Part shown: piece after piece, positions 17,840 through 27,973 of the stretch
Position numbering within the stretch: the first letter of the stretch is position 1
How the letters are laid out: every line of letters begins with the position of its first letter
Source: an uncultured Coxiellaceae bacterium
GTDB lineage: Bacteria > Pseudomonadota > Gammaproteobacteria > DSM-16500
DNA length: 64,000 bases
NCBI GenBank assembly: GCA_964636145.1
Contig: CAZWPD010000004.1
Span: 15,488 to 79,487, forward strand
Reading direction: 5' to 3'
The notes under the pieces: model-generated
Seen by the model: the letters and a program-made list of their open reading frames with translations, nothing else
The model's database searches: none
What the model was told of the DNA's origin: nothing
Program-made: the position numbers and the translations under genes

Positions 17840-19546
17840 TTATACCTTACGATACGGTAGATAGCGTGGTTCCCACATGGTTTGCTTCAGTAAACTTTTA
17901 ATATCATCTTTCATGTTCAGTGCCAGGCCTTCTTTGCGAGCTTGCAGAGCGACTGCTTCTGCAACCTGGATGCTCACCATTCTCGCTTCTGAGAGCTTGG
18001 GAAGCAAGGGGGCGGTGCGATCTTGCGCGATGGGTGCGCAGCGACTCAGGGCGTTAGCCGCAGCCCAGAGCATATCATCGCTTAGCAGTCGTGCCTTGAC
18101 GGCGATTACGCCTAACCCGATACCTGGGAACGCGAGCGCATTGTTACTTTGTGCGATGCGTTGATACGTGCCGTTGAAACGAACATCGGCAAACGGACTG
18201 CCAGTTGCAATAATAGCTTTGCCGTCGGTCCACTCATAAAGATCTTTAGGCTCGGCTTCTGATAAGGCGGTCGGATTGGAGAGCGGCATGATGATGGGCC
18301 GTTCTGCGTGTTCTTTCATGGCTGTGACAACTTCTTCATTGAAAGCGCCGGCAGCAGTTGAGCAACCAATCAAGATGGTTGGCTTTGCATGTTTGACGAC
18401 ATCATACAAGCTGATTTGCCCGGGCTCGCGGCATTGCCAGTGGCTGATTTCTTCGGGTTTGCGCGCGTATGGTTTTTGGAAGGAGAGTAATTCGCTGTTC
18501 GTGGTGAGCAAGCCATTCTTGTCGAGCATATAGAAGCGCGAGCGTGCTTCTTCACTGCTTAATCCAGAACGCAGCATGGCATCGTAAATTTGATCTGCGA
18601 TACCGGCGCCAGCGGTTCCTGCGCCATAAATGACAACGCGATGATCACGCAATGGCAGGCCGCTAGCCTGTGCTCCAGCAATGACAGATGCCAGTGCAAC
18701 CACGCCGGTGGTTTGCATATCACCGTTCATGGTGCAAATTTCTTTGCGATATTGAGTCAAGATACGGCGTGCATTATCGCGGCCGACATCTTCCCAGTGC
18801 AATAACATGTGCGGGAATTTTTTGGTGATAGTCTTCACAAACTGTGCGATGAAGTCATCGTATTCCTGGCCAGTAATGCGTTCGTGTCGCCAACCAAGAT
18901 ACATGGGGTCGTTTAACAAATGTGGATTATTGGTGCCGACATCAAGTTGAATTGGCAGTGTGCGATGCGGGCTAATGCCGCCGCATAAGGTGTACACCAT
19001 TAATTTGGCGATTGAGATATTGATGCCGCCTATGCCCTGATCACCAATCCCAAGTACAGCACCACCATCGGTTACAACTGACAAATCTATTTCAGGTGAG
19101 AGACGATGGTCGATAATTTCTTCCATGCGGTGACGATCGTTATAACTGATATAAAGGCCTTTTGGTTTACGTAATTCAAGGCTGAAACGTTTGACTGCTT
19201 CACCAACTGTTGGTGTGTAAATAATCGGGAGCATTTCTTCCAGATGTTTACTCACTACTTTGTAAAACAGAGTTTCGTTGTAATCATGCAAAACATGCAG
19301 ATAGATATTCTTGCTGAGATTGGTATGGTGTTCTGAAAACTGCACGTACATACGGTTGGTTTGTTCATCCAGTGTTTCGATATTTTGTGGTAAAAGACCG
19401 GTCAGGCCTAGTGCGTCGCGTTCTTCAAATGTGAAGGCGCAGCCTTTATTGAGTTTGGGGGTGCCTAAGAGTTCATACCCGGTGAGCGGCGTTTCCAGAT
19501 GAGAGATCTCGCCATCTGCATCACGTATGATATTGAATTTTAACAT
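17840..19546 (-). CDS. maeA: NAD-dependent malic enzyme (large-subunit type)
   Basis: LNKGCAFT, PIIYTPTVG, GIGDQGIGG, GAGTAGAGIA, PLSNPT, QSNNALAFPGIGLG. Confidence 0.9.
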   Translation of the reverse strand: MLKFNIIRDADGEISHLETPLTGYELLGTPKLNKGCAFTFEERDALGLTGLLPQNIETLDEQTNRMYVQFSEHHTNLSKNIYLHVLHDYNETLFYKVVSKHLEEMLPIIYTPTVGEAVKRFSLELRKPKGLYISYNDRHRMEEIIDHRLSPEIDLSVVTDGGAVLGIGDQGIGGINISIAKLMVYTLCGGISPHRTLPIQLDVGTNNPHLLNDPMYLGWRHERITGQEYDDFIAQFVKTITKKFPHMLLHWEDVGRDNARRILTQYRKEICTMNGDMQTTGVVALASVIAGAQASGLPLRDHRVVIYGAGTAGAGIADQIYDAMLRSGLSSEEARSRFYMLDKNGLLTTNSELLSFQKPYARKPEEISHWQCREPGQISLYDVVKHAKPTILIGCSTAAGAFNEEVVTAMKEHAERPIIMPLSNPTALSEAEPKDLYEWTDGKAIIATGSPFADVRFNGTYQRIAQSNNALAFPGIGLGVIAVKARLLSDDMLWAAANALSRCAPIAQDRTAPLLPKLSEARMVSIQVAEAVALQARKEGLALNMKDDIKSLLKQTMWEPRYLPYRKV

Positions 19547-19665
19547 ATATGCGCTCTTTATTGTGAATAGTTGTTATTTTTATGATATAAAGCGCCTACT
19601 AAAGGCACTCGAGCTATAATCTATTATAACTCAGAATGCGCTGGCTTTGGAGAGTGGGAGCGACC

Positions 19666-20148
19666 ATGAAAAACACAGCAGTTTATGCGGGCACATTCGA
19701 TCCTGTTACCTACGGGCACATGGATCTGGTTGAGCGCGCCTCAAGAATTTTCGACGAGGTGATTGTTGGTATTGCGGCAAGCCCAAACAAAAAGCCGTTG
19801 TTCACGCTTGATGAGCGCGTTGAATTAACTCGCGCAGTGTTAAGCGAATATAAGAATGTAAAAGTGTATGGGTTTAATTCCTTGTTGCTCGAGTTTGCCA
19901 AACAGCATCAAGCCAATGTCATTTTGCGCGGCCTGCGTGCCGTTGCTGATTTTGATTATGAGTTTCAGCTCGCGAGCATGAACCGGTTTATGAATCAGGA
20001 AATTGAAAGTATGTTCCTGATGCCGGCTGAAAAATACATGTATATTTCATCTAGCATTGTCCGTGAGATCGCAGCCTTGGGCGGCGATGTCACCGGGTTT
20101 GTTCCCGCAGCAGTTGTGAAAGCCTTGCAGAATAAATGTAAAAAATGA
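19666..20148 (+). CDS. coaD: Phosphopantetheine adenylyltransferase
   Basis: [34 protein letters not shown]; ATG 19666 after GGAG. Confidence 0.97.
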   Translation: MKNTAVYAGTFDPVTYGHMDLVERASRIFDEVIVGIAASPNKKPLFTLDERVELTRAVLSEYKNVKVYGFNSLLLEFAKQHQANVILRGLRAVADFDYEFQLASMNRFMNQEIESMFLMPAEKYMYISSSIVREIAALGGDVTGFVPAAVVKALQNKCKK

Positions 20149-20269
20149 AGCGTTAGTTGGTGGCTCTCAAGGCTATCGAAGAATGCATCATAAATACCGT
20201 AAGCTGACCACTATTAAAACCGACTCAGCAGTGAAGAGATCTTTTCGTGATCCCTTCACGACGTTACGT

Positions 20270-20995
20270 CTATTTCAAGTCTAACGCCATCGAATCATTG
20301 AGATTGTTATGCTTGAGATCGAATATTTTTGCGGGAGATTCCGTGGCTGAAGGTGTTTTGAAAATACTGAAATCACCCATCGATTCCTGAGCTTTGTTTT
20401 TCGCAGGCATGTCTTTTTCATCACGAAGTGCGGTTGATGCATAGTGATTGGTGCATAGGCTGATTAAACCGGCAATATTGCGTTTAATCATCGGGTCAGA
20501 AATACTGCTGGATTGATCAATGCATGAGATGAATGCCTTGTAGGCAGCGGCACCGGCAATCATGTTATAAAGCCGTTTCTTCTCACTGATGCTGGCTTTC
20601 AAGTTTATTTCACTTTCCCAGAAATGTTTCCATTCACGGCTAGACTCAATGCTGTCGAGGAAGGAAGAAATAACTGTGCGCATGTTGTCGGAAATAGTAG
20701 AAGGTTTTACGCTTTCTGCTTTGACTGCAGCGAGAGATAATGTCGAAAATTCGTTAAGGAGTTTGTCTGTAGCAATTTTTAAATCTGAGTGTGTAAAATC
20801 CTCGTTGCCGTATTTGATTTCTTTAGCGCCAGGCACGCAGGTATTATAAAACAGCCTGCCATTGATTTTGTTTTCTAACATGAGAGTAAAAAAATCATTA
20901 TTGTTGGCTTGCTGAAGTTTCAAGTAGCCAACGATCAGTTGAGGAATTTTATGCTTCTCGATGGCACTTGCGAGCGCCTTCCTGTCCATGCTCAT
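20270..20995 (-). CDS. Hypothetical protein (241 aa), candidate Dot/Icm substrate
   Basis: Standalone AT-rich ORF, no signal peptide, helical, SIFK motif then low-complexity tail. Confidence 0.7.
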   Translation of the reverse strand: MSMDRKALASAIEKHKIPQLIVGYLKLQQANNNDFFTLMLENKINGRLFYNTCVPGAKEIKYGNEDFTHSDLKIATDKLLNEFSTLSLAAVKAESVKPSTISDNMRTVISSFLDSIESSREWKHFWESEINLKASISEKKRLYNMIAGAAAYKAFISCIDQSSSISDPMIKRNIAGLISLCTNHYASTALRDEKDMPAKNKAQESMGDFSIFKTPSATESPAKIFDLKHNNLNDSMALDLK

Positions 20996-21172
20996 GACCC
21001 ACCCCTTTATTATTTTTTATCCTTCTTATAGATATATTTTACGGCAAATTTATTTAGCCTGGGTGGCGGCTTGATCTCATATGGGTGGAGAGAGGCAAGA
21101 ATTTAGATGTAAAAACATATTGTTGTCAGCGATAAAAAAATTATTGCGGTTATTATTATTTAGGTTTCTGAG

Positions 21173-21199
21173 GCGGGCCAGCGCCATTGTCTGGCCCGT
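21173..21199 (-). terminator. Probable tolC terminator hairpin
   Basis: gcgggccag-N9-ctggcccgt immediately after the tolC stop; no clear U-tract. Confidence 0.45.
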
Positions 21200-21203
21200 G
21201 GGT

Positions 21204-22706
21204 CTAGCTGTGTGGTGTGGATTTTTTATGCAAGAGGGCAATGGCAACAGGCTTCTTTTTTGTTAATTTGGCAACTTTGCGGGTGGTTTTTTTAAAACTC
21301 GTTACCGCCGGGTGCACTTGAAATTTCCTAACGTGATGGCGCTCTTCATTGCTTTTGTTGTCGTGCAGCCAAGCATTAATCGCGCGAATATCATCAAAGC
21401 CAAGCGTACCTGCAGCTTGTTTGAGTGCCAGAACGTTGTTAACAAATGCGTAACGGTCAGCGGCATATTGCAATTGTGCTTCAAATACTTTTTGTTGCTG
21501 GTTCAAGACATTGACGAGTGTCTCTGCGCCTACTTGAAAACTCTCTTCCATGCCACGTAATGAACTAATAGTGGATTTCACTGCAGCACGATCAGCGTTA
21601 ATTTGGTTGATGCCAGACGTGACGCCGAAGTAGCTTTGTCTGGTGGTGTTCACGGTGCTGCGTTGTGTCTGCTCGAGTTGTTGCTGTGCGGCTTGAAAGT
21701 TATACGCAGCTTGATTAGTTTCAGCAACGACTGCGCCACCGGAAAAAATTGGTAAATTAACATTGATGGCGACTGAACGATCTGTTTGAGTGGAAGGCCC
21801 ATTACGCTGATTCAACGCCTGCTGATAATAGTTGATGTTGGCATTGTACTGGCGGTCTGCCTGGCCTTGCAGCGTAACAGTTGGCAGGTGGCCGCCGAAC
21901 TGTTGCCGCACCAGTTGTCTTGCACTATCGACGTTGTATTGCCCTGCTTTGATCGACCAATTTTGTGCAAGTGCGGTGCTGACCCATTCTTCAACATTTT
22001 GCGGATTTGGTGTAACTAAAGGGAAATCTTCGCTTAATGGTGCGAGATGGTCGTAGTATTTGCCAGTGATGACACGCAAATTTTCTTTATCATTGTTTAG
22101 TGTGATTTGTGCAGCAATGTAATCAGCATAAGCAGAGTCATACGAGGCTTGGGCAGTATAAACATTGGTGATGGTTTTGAGGCCAACGTCGTATTGCTGC
22201 TTGATTTGACTGAGTTGTTCTTTATACGCAAGCATAGCCGCTTCACTATTGCTGAGATTATCTTCGTCTTTGAGAATGGCGAAATAAGCATTGGCAACGC
22301 GTGTCATGAGACTCTGCAGGGCTGAATTTAAAATTGCATCAGCTTGACTGGAGGTGGCGAGCGCGCTGGAAAGTGCCATGAATTGTGAATAATTAAATAC
22401 GGTTTGTGACAGTGTTAATGTCAATGCGTAGTTACGCGCTGTATTATTGCGCGGCGAGCTGCCAGTCGAAACATCGGTACCGGAAAATCCTGAGCGGGTA
22501 ACAGATGGGTTATAGTTTAATGAAATATTCGGTAGTAGCGCAGAGAGGCTAATCGGCACGCCTTCTTTGGTTGCCATGCGTTGAGAAATGGCTTGCTGAT
22601 AGATTTGATCAGACGAGAGGGCTTGCTGGTAAACTTCGATCAGGTCAGCGGCGTGTGCCGTCTGTAAAGAGAGCAGTGCGGCAATTGTTAAAAAGATTTT
22701 TTTCAT
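21204..22706 (-). CDS. tolC: TolC family outer membrane channel
   Basis: Signal peptide MKKIFL..AHA, ADLIEVYQQAL, RVANAYFAIL, NLPIFSGG, VGAETLVNVLNQQ. Confidence 0.93.
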   Translation of the reverse strand: MKKIFLTIAALLSLQTAHAADLIEVYQQALSSDQIYQQAISQRMATKEGVPISLSALLPNISLNYNPSVTRSGFSGTDVSTGSSPRNNTARNYALTLTLSQTVFNYSQFMALSSALATSSQADAILNSALQSLMTRVANAYFAILKDEDNLSNSEAAMLAYKEQLSQIKQQYDVGLKTITNVYTAQASYDSAYADYIAAQITLNNDKENLRVITGKYYDHLAPLSEDFPLVTPNPQNVEEWVSTALAQNWSIKAGQYNVDSARQLVRQQFGGHLPTVTLQGQADRQYNANINYYQQALNQRNGPSTQTDRSVAINVNLPIFSGGAVVAETNQAAYNFQAAQQQLEQTQRSTVNTTRQSYFGVTSGINQINADRAAVKSTISSLRGMEESFQVGAETLVNVLNQQQKVFEAQLQYAADRYAFVNNVLALKQAAGTLGFDDIRAINAWLHDNKSNEERHHVRKFQVHPAVTSFKKTTRKVAKLTKKKPVAIALLHKKSTPHS

Positions 22707-22802
22707 GGGTACAGTCTCTGTCTCGCGTTGCTCTATACTGTAGCAATATTGAATTTTGACTATTATTATAGTCACCTCAAAACTAAACACCTAGGAAATT
22801 CC

Positions 22803-23222
22803 ATGGCAATCTGGAAGATTAAAATAGATCCACAAATTGCGAACTCACGTAATAAAAACACCATGTGTGATCATTTAGGGATCGAAGTGACGGAGGTGGG
22901 TGATGATTATTTGGTCGCGCGTATGCCGGTTGATCAGCGCACCAAACAGCCGCATGGCATCATGCACGGCGGCGCTTCTTGTGTGCTTGCAGAAACGGCT
23001 GGCAGTGTGGCCGCGAATTTTTGTGTGGAAGAAGGCTTCTATTGTGTTGGCCTCGATATTAATACCAATCACATTCGATCCATGCGTGAAGGATTTGTGT
23101 TTGGCAAAGCAACACCGTTTCATTTAGGCAAGACCACTCAAGTCTGGGGCATTGAAATCCGAGACGAACAAGAGAGATTGGTGTCGGTGAATCGGTTGAC
23201 GATGGCGGTGTTGAAGAGGTAG
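22803..23222 (+). CDS. Hotdog-fold thioesterase (PaaI/YdiI/MenI family)
   Basis: RTKQPHGIMHGGASCVLAETAGS, GLDINTNHIRS, HLGKTTQVW. Confidence 0.92.
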   Translation: MAIWKIKIDPQIANSRNKNTMCDHLGIEVTEVGDDYLVARMPVDQRTKQPHGIMHGGASCVLAETAGSVAANFCVEEGFYCVGLDINTNHIRSMREGFVFGKATPFHLGKTTQVWGIEIRDEQERLVSVNRLTMAVLKR

Positions 23223-23226
23223 TGCC

Positions 23227-23373
23227 CGTCATTGCGAGGAGCGCTTTTGCGACGAAGCAATCCAGCCAAAGTGTTCACAGCAGAGTTGGGTTAGTGGAGG
23301 TTTGTTTAAAGACATTGCCACGTTAGCATCTGGATTGCCGCGCCCTGCAAAAAGCGCAGGGCTCGCAATGACG
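23227..23373. repeat. 147-bp CGTC-tagged palindromic element, copy 2 (opposite orientation)
   Basis: cgtcattgcgaggagcgc..gcaatccag / ctggattgccgcgccctgc..gcagggctcgcaatgacg; lies between convergent genes. Confidence 0.85.
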
Positions 23374-23377
23374 AGCG

Positions 23378-24355
23378 TCACCCCACCAACTCAACCGCCA
23401 ACCTCAACGCCGCCTTCATACTCCCCGCATCCGCACGTCCGCTTCCAGCAACATCTAAAGCCGTACCATGATCGACAGATGTGCGCACATAGGGTAAGCC
23501 AAGTGTCATATTCACCGCGCGGTCAAAGCCGATATGTTTGATCACCGGTAAAATCTGATCGTGATACATGCCAAGCACTGCATCAGCGCCGCTGATAATG
23601 CCAGGTGTGAAGATCGTGTCAGCTGGCAGCGGTCCTTGGATATTCATGCCTTGCCGGCGTAATTCTTCCAGTGCTGGGATGATGACATCAATTTCTTCTC
23701 TGCCCATATGACCGTTTTCACCGGCATGAGGGTTGAGTCCGGCAACTAAAATAGTTGGGTCAGTGACCCGAAAATACTTCTGCAAATCGTGATGCAGAAT
23801 GGTTAGTACCGATATTAACTTTGCGCGTGTCACAGCAGCTGGAACATCTTTTAGTGGTAGGTGCGTCGTGAGCAATCCTGCTTTTAGTTTATCAACCACG
23901 AATAACATGACAGTCTGGGTGACACCGGCTGCTTGTGCGAAAAATTCGGTATGACCACTGAAGGGTATGCCAGCCTCATTGATAATACCCTTATGCACGG
24001 GGCCGGTGACGACGGCATTAGCATAGTGTTGTTGGCACTGTTCTGCCGCGATTTTGAGAGTGCTTACCACTATCGCAGCATTATCAAAACTCAGTTGGCC
24101 GGGCACGACATTAGCAAACTTCACGGGATGAATGCGCAGTATCCCAGGTTGGTGCGGCGTGTGCTCTGCATGATTGAGATCACATTCAATGAGTTTGATC
24201 GGGAGATTAATTTGTTTGGCGCGAGCAGTGAGCACGGCCGGATCTGTAATCGCGATTAATTCTGCCGGCCAGGTTTGTTGTGCGGCTTGCAACACTACAT
24301 CCGGGCCAATACCTGCTGGCTCGCCCGGTGTAATGAGGATGCGTGGAATCATCAT
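23378..24355 (-). CDS. pdxA: 4-hydroxythreonine-4-phosphate dehydrogenase
   Basis: TPGEPAGIGPD, PFSGHTEF, GLNPHAGE, MYHDQ, RTSVDHGTA. Confidence 0.97.
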   Translation of the reverse strand: MMIPRILITPGEPAGIGPDVVLQAAQQTWPAELIAITDPAVLTARAKQINLPIKLIECDLNHAEHTPHQPGILRIHPVKFANVVPGQLSFDNAAIVVSTLKIAAEQCQQHYANAVVTGPVHKGIINEAGIPFSGHTEFFAQAAGVTQTVMLFVVDKLKAGLLTTHLPLKDVPAAVTRAKLISVLTILHHDLQKYFRVTDPTILVAGLNPHAGENGHMGREEIDVIIPALEELRRQGMNIQGPLPADTIFTPGIISGADAVLGMYHDQILPVIKHIGFDRAVNMTLGLPYVRTSVDHGTALDVAGSGRADAGSMKAALRLAVELVG

Positions 24356-25326
24356 GCTAGAGAAGAGGTAATAAAGGCCTGACTGCGCAGCTTGGAAACC
24401 CAGCTTTGCACGGCGGCTTCGAATTTCTGTTGTAACAACATGGCTTCCACTGCTTTGCGATCGGAAAGTGTCTTGTTGTTGTCGTCGAGTTTACGTAAAT
24501 CTGTCATCAATAAAATATGGAAGCCGTTCGGTGTCTGAATGGGACCCGCGATATCATTCTTTTTCATGCCAGTGATTTTATCGGCAAAGGCACTGGGAAT
24601 TTCTGGCAGTTTGCGCCAGCCAAGATCACCGCCTTGTAATGCGGTGGCGCCGCGAGATTCTGCTTTGGCGAGTGCATCGAAGCTGACGCCGTTGCGCAGC
24701 TGTTGCATGAGGGTTTCGGCGCGGGCTCTAACAGCGGCAATTTCTTGTGTGGACGGCGTGTCTGAGGTTGGAATCAGAATGTCCTGCAAGCGATATTCGT
24801 TAGCGCTATTTTCTTTAAATGCATTGGATTTCATGAATGCATTTACTTCTTCCGGTGTGATGGTTACTTTGCCGGCGATTTCGCGTTGTTGAAGTTTCTG
24901 CAGGATAATTTGATCGCGAATTTCGTGACGATAGGTAGCGATGGACATGCCTTCGTCTTCAACATGTTTGTACAGTTCATCGATGGAAACATTATTTTGA
25001 CTGGCGATGTTGGTGATGGCTTTATCGAGTTCTTGGTCGGTAATGCTGATGCCAGCTTGCTCTGCAGTTTGTAGTTGCAGTTTTTTGTTGATCAATTGCT
25101 GTAATACCTGCTTTTCGAGCGATTTTTCAGAAATATTGGTTGCTGCCGGTTGCTGTGCAATCTGCATTTTGGTGGCGGTCATGGCGCGTTCCAATTCAGA
25201 GCGTGTAATGAGGTCTTCATTGACGACGGCAACCATCTGATCGAGTGACTGTTCACTGGATTTGGCAAAGCAGACTGAAGAAAGTGTGCTGATGCAAATT
25301 AGCGTGAAGACGAATATTTTTTTCAT
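24352..25326 (-). CDS. surA: Periplasmic chaperone SurA (single parvulin domain)
   Basis: DQMVAVVNEDLIT N-domain, one PPIase domain (GGDLGW, PIQTPNGFHI), C-terminal helix; lptD-surA-pdxA order. Confidence 0.9.
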   Translation of the reverse strand: MKKIFVFTLICISTLSSVCFAKSSEQSLDQMVAVVNEDLITRSELERAMTATKMQIAQQPAATNISEKSLEKQVLQQLINKKLQLQTAEQAGISITDQELDKAITNIASQNNVSIDELYKHVEDEGMSIATYRHEIRDQIILQKLQQREIAGKVTITPEEVNAFMKSNAFKENSANEYRLQDILIPTSDTPSTQEIAAVRARAETLMQQLRNGVSFDALAKAESRGATALQGGDLGWRKLPEIPSAFADKITGMKKNDIAGPIQTPNGFHILLMTDLRKLDDNNKTLSDRKAVEAMLLQQKFEAAVQSWVSKLRSQAFITSSLA

Positions 25327-27915
25327 TTAAAATTCCTGCCCAAATTGTGTGTTGTATCCAGTGATCGAACTTAATAATCCGCTGGGATTTCCCGAGCCAA
25401 TATTGCCAAGTCCTTTGAGAGCAAACTGAATATAAAAATCAGGATTATATTTCGGAGCATTGTTTTGGTTGGGGTCGAGGCCGGTGAATGCTCGCCCGCC
25501 TACTAATCTCATTGCCCAGCAACAAGTGTCGTATTGTAACCCATAGATCAGGTTCTGCAAATGTTGCTGGTTCCAGTTTTGGCTCCAGCGGCCGACAGCG
25601 CTTAAGTTTTCCGTGACGGGCCAACTGAATGAAAAATCGGTTAATTTTAAGTTGTCTTGCGCGGAGTTGGTGATGCCGCCTGATGAGGGGTCGCCATTAA
25701 ACACATAGCCGTAGCCCAGATTGATGAGATGTTTCTCATCCGGTTTGTAATGCAGGCCGATGGTCGCATTGCTTAACTGCTTGGAAATCGGGTTAGCAAT
25801 GGCGTTGGTTTCAAGGCTCCAGACCGGATTGACAGCGTAATTGATCAAGCCAGAGATGGGTGACAAACGCCAGTGATTAGCTGGATTGAACGGGTTGTCG
25901 GTACAGGATGTGTCATTACAAAAAGTGACTTTGCGATTCGAGAAGTAAATGATCTCACCGATGCCGGCGCGAACTTTTTCAAGTCCAGTGTCGCCATCCA
26001 GAATTCTTGTCGAAATACCCACGCCGACTTGATTGGCATCGCCAACACGGTCAATGCCAATAAACCGATTGTAGTTAAAAAGCTGGTCGTATGTCAGTGT
26101 GCTGACAGTGGTATCAAAAATGGGAATGCTGGCTTGGTTGCGATACGGAATGTAAGTGTAATAAATCTGCGGCTCTAGTGTTTGCTGGAACAATTTGCCA
26201 AATAAAGTCATGTCACGATTCAGCGCAAAGCCGACAGCCATATCGAAAATAGGGATGGTGCGTTGTGCTGATGGCGGTGCTTGAGTTGGCGTCGTTTGGT
26301 AAAGATCGTAACTGGTCATGGAAACTTGCGCGCGTGGATTGATATAGAAATACGGCCAATATAGCGGCCAGCTAATTCCTGGCTGTAAATGCAGTCGATT
26401 ACCGATTGGTTGGTTGGCAACTGTCCCAGGTGTGTTTCTAATATCAAAATGTGTGGCTTCAGTTGAGATGAAATATTCCAGGCCGAGTGCTTGGTCGGGG
26501 TAGTCGCCGCTTAAGATTAATTGTGGGAAGCGTCGATATTGGTTCAACACTTCAGAGGCGTCAATCGGGTGCAGAGTTTGATAAGTTTGCAGTCTGCCGA
26601 TGAAATTCCAGTTCGGGCCTTTGTAGTATAAGTCACCTTCCTGCAGAATTTGATTCTGTGTCTGGTCGCTGAGGTCGCTCCCAAAATCACGCAGATAATA
26701 ATCGTCACCGGCGTAATTGAAATCGACGTGTGTCGACCAATGCTCATTGAAGACCGTTTCATCACGCCAGGATAAACTTTTACGTGTGGTGCTTGCATTC
26801 AGTAAGCGCTGCAATTCTGCTTGTGTGCCGCTATTGGTGGAACCTGAATATTGTGATTGCGCGTATGACTGGTAAATCGAAAATTCACGGTCACCTGGTA
26901 AGATGCCAACATCTAGCGTGCCGCGGCCAATGCTGGAAAGATAACGGAATTTGTCAGTAATGCGTACGCCGCGCAAGGCGAGCATGCCCGGCGTGATGGT
27001 CATGTCGTAATTTGGTGCGATGTTCCAATAAAACGGTGTGAGCAGATAAGGGCCCCAGCCACTATGCGTATTGGAATTATTGGGTCTATTACCAATGGTC
27101 GGCCAGAGAAAACCAGATTTGCGTTGATGATCAATCGAGAAGTTAAGATACGGGATATATAACACTGGTATGTCTTTGACGAAAATGCGCGCGTTAGTGG
27201 CGTAGCCGCGACCGGTATTTTTATTTAAAACAAGATGACTGGATTTCACGCGCCAGGCAGGGTTAGTGGGCGGACAAGTGCTGAAACTGGAACCATACAA
27301 TTCATACACGCGTGGTTCCGTTTGAGAAAATTCATCAGCTTTTCCCCATGCAGTTAATGAGGTGATCTTACGTTCTTGTTGAATGGCCGCGCTGCTGACT
27401 TCTGGTCCAGCAATTTGTTTGCCGTTTGCTAATGAGGTGCGATATAAAATTTCCATTAAAGATTTATTGCGGCTTGCGAAGTCGTAATGACCACGTTTGG
27501 CAACCACAAGCGTATTCGGTTCGCGTAAATGTACATTTCCCAGCAAATCCATGGATGCGATTTTTCCTGTTGCCGGGTCACGATAAAGATAGGCTTTGTT
27601 CGCGGTAATTTGTTGTCCGAAACGTAGCAACGACACTTTGCCTTCGAGGACGGTGGTGCCGTGTTGCGAAAACAATGCCTGACTGCCGGTCACTTCAATC
27701 GCCTTCTTATTTTGTTCTTCATCGTCTGGGTAGGTGAAGGCTTGTTCAAGATAATAGCCGCCGCAATTGTTTTCCGTGCTTGGGGCCCAGCCTAATTGTT
27801 GTGCGAGCGATTCTTTATCAATTGGCGTCATGCTTGCGCCTGATGCTGGCAGGCTGAGTGGGAGCAGGCTCATGCCAAGAAAAAGCAAGATACCGGGTTT
27901 TATTCTTGCAGACAT
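25327..27915 (-). CDS. lptD: LPS assembly protein LptD
   Basis: FSTCPP, RKSGFLWP, PFYWNIAPNYD, QTLEPQIYY, YDTCCWA. Confidence 0.96.
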   Translation of the reverse strand: MSARIKPGILLFLGMSLLPLSLPASGASMTPIDKESLAQQLGWAPSTENNCGGYYLEQAFTYPDDEEQNKKAIEVTGSQALFSQHGTTVLEGKVSLLRFGQQITANKAYLYRDPATGKIASMDLLGNVHLREPNTLVVAKRGHYDFASRNKSLMEILYRTSLANGKQIAGPEVSSAAIQQERKITSLTAWGKADEFSQTEPRVYELYGSSFSTCPPTNPAWRVKSSHLVLNKNTGRGYATNARIFVKDIPVLYIPYLNFSIDHQRKSGFLWPTIGNRPNNSNTHSGWGPYLLTPFYWNIAPNYDMTITPGMLALRGVRITDKFRYLSSIGRGTLDVGILPGDREFSIYQSYAQSQYSGSTNSGTQAELQRLLNASTTRKSLSWRDETVFNEHWSTHVDFNYAGDDYYLRDFGSDLSDQTQNQILQEGDLYYKGPNWNFIGRLQTYQTLHPIDASEVLNQYRRFPQLILSGDYPDQALGLEYFISTEATHFDIRNTPGTVANQPIGNRLHLQPGISWPLYWPYFYINPRAQVSMTSYDLYQTTPTQAPPSAQRTIPIFDMAVGFALNRDMTLFGKLFQQTLEPQIYYTYIPYRNQASIPIFDTTVSTLTYDQLFNYNRFIGIDRVGDANQVGVGISTRILDGDTGLEKVRAGIGEIIYFSNRKVTFCNDTSCTDNPFNPANHWRLSPISGLINYAVNPVWSLETNAIANPISKQLSNATIGLHYKPDEKHLINLGYGYVFNGDPSSGGITNSAQDNLKLTDFSFSWPVTENLSAVGRWSQNWNQQHLQNLIYGLQYDTCCWAMRLVGGRAFTGLDPNQNNAPKYNPDFYIQFALKGLGNIGSGNPSGLLSSITGYNTQFGQEF

Positions 27916-27973
27916 TTAGCTGTTCCTGCGCTATATTTTTCAATCCCGCAAGTGTAGCGAAAAGGCTCAGTTA

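Noticed and set aside
24352-25326. SurA shorter than the E. coli protein (possible pseudogene)
   Set aside because: N-domain, one parvulin domain and the C-terminal helix are intact and in frame; single-PPIase SurA is a known architecture.
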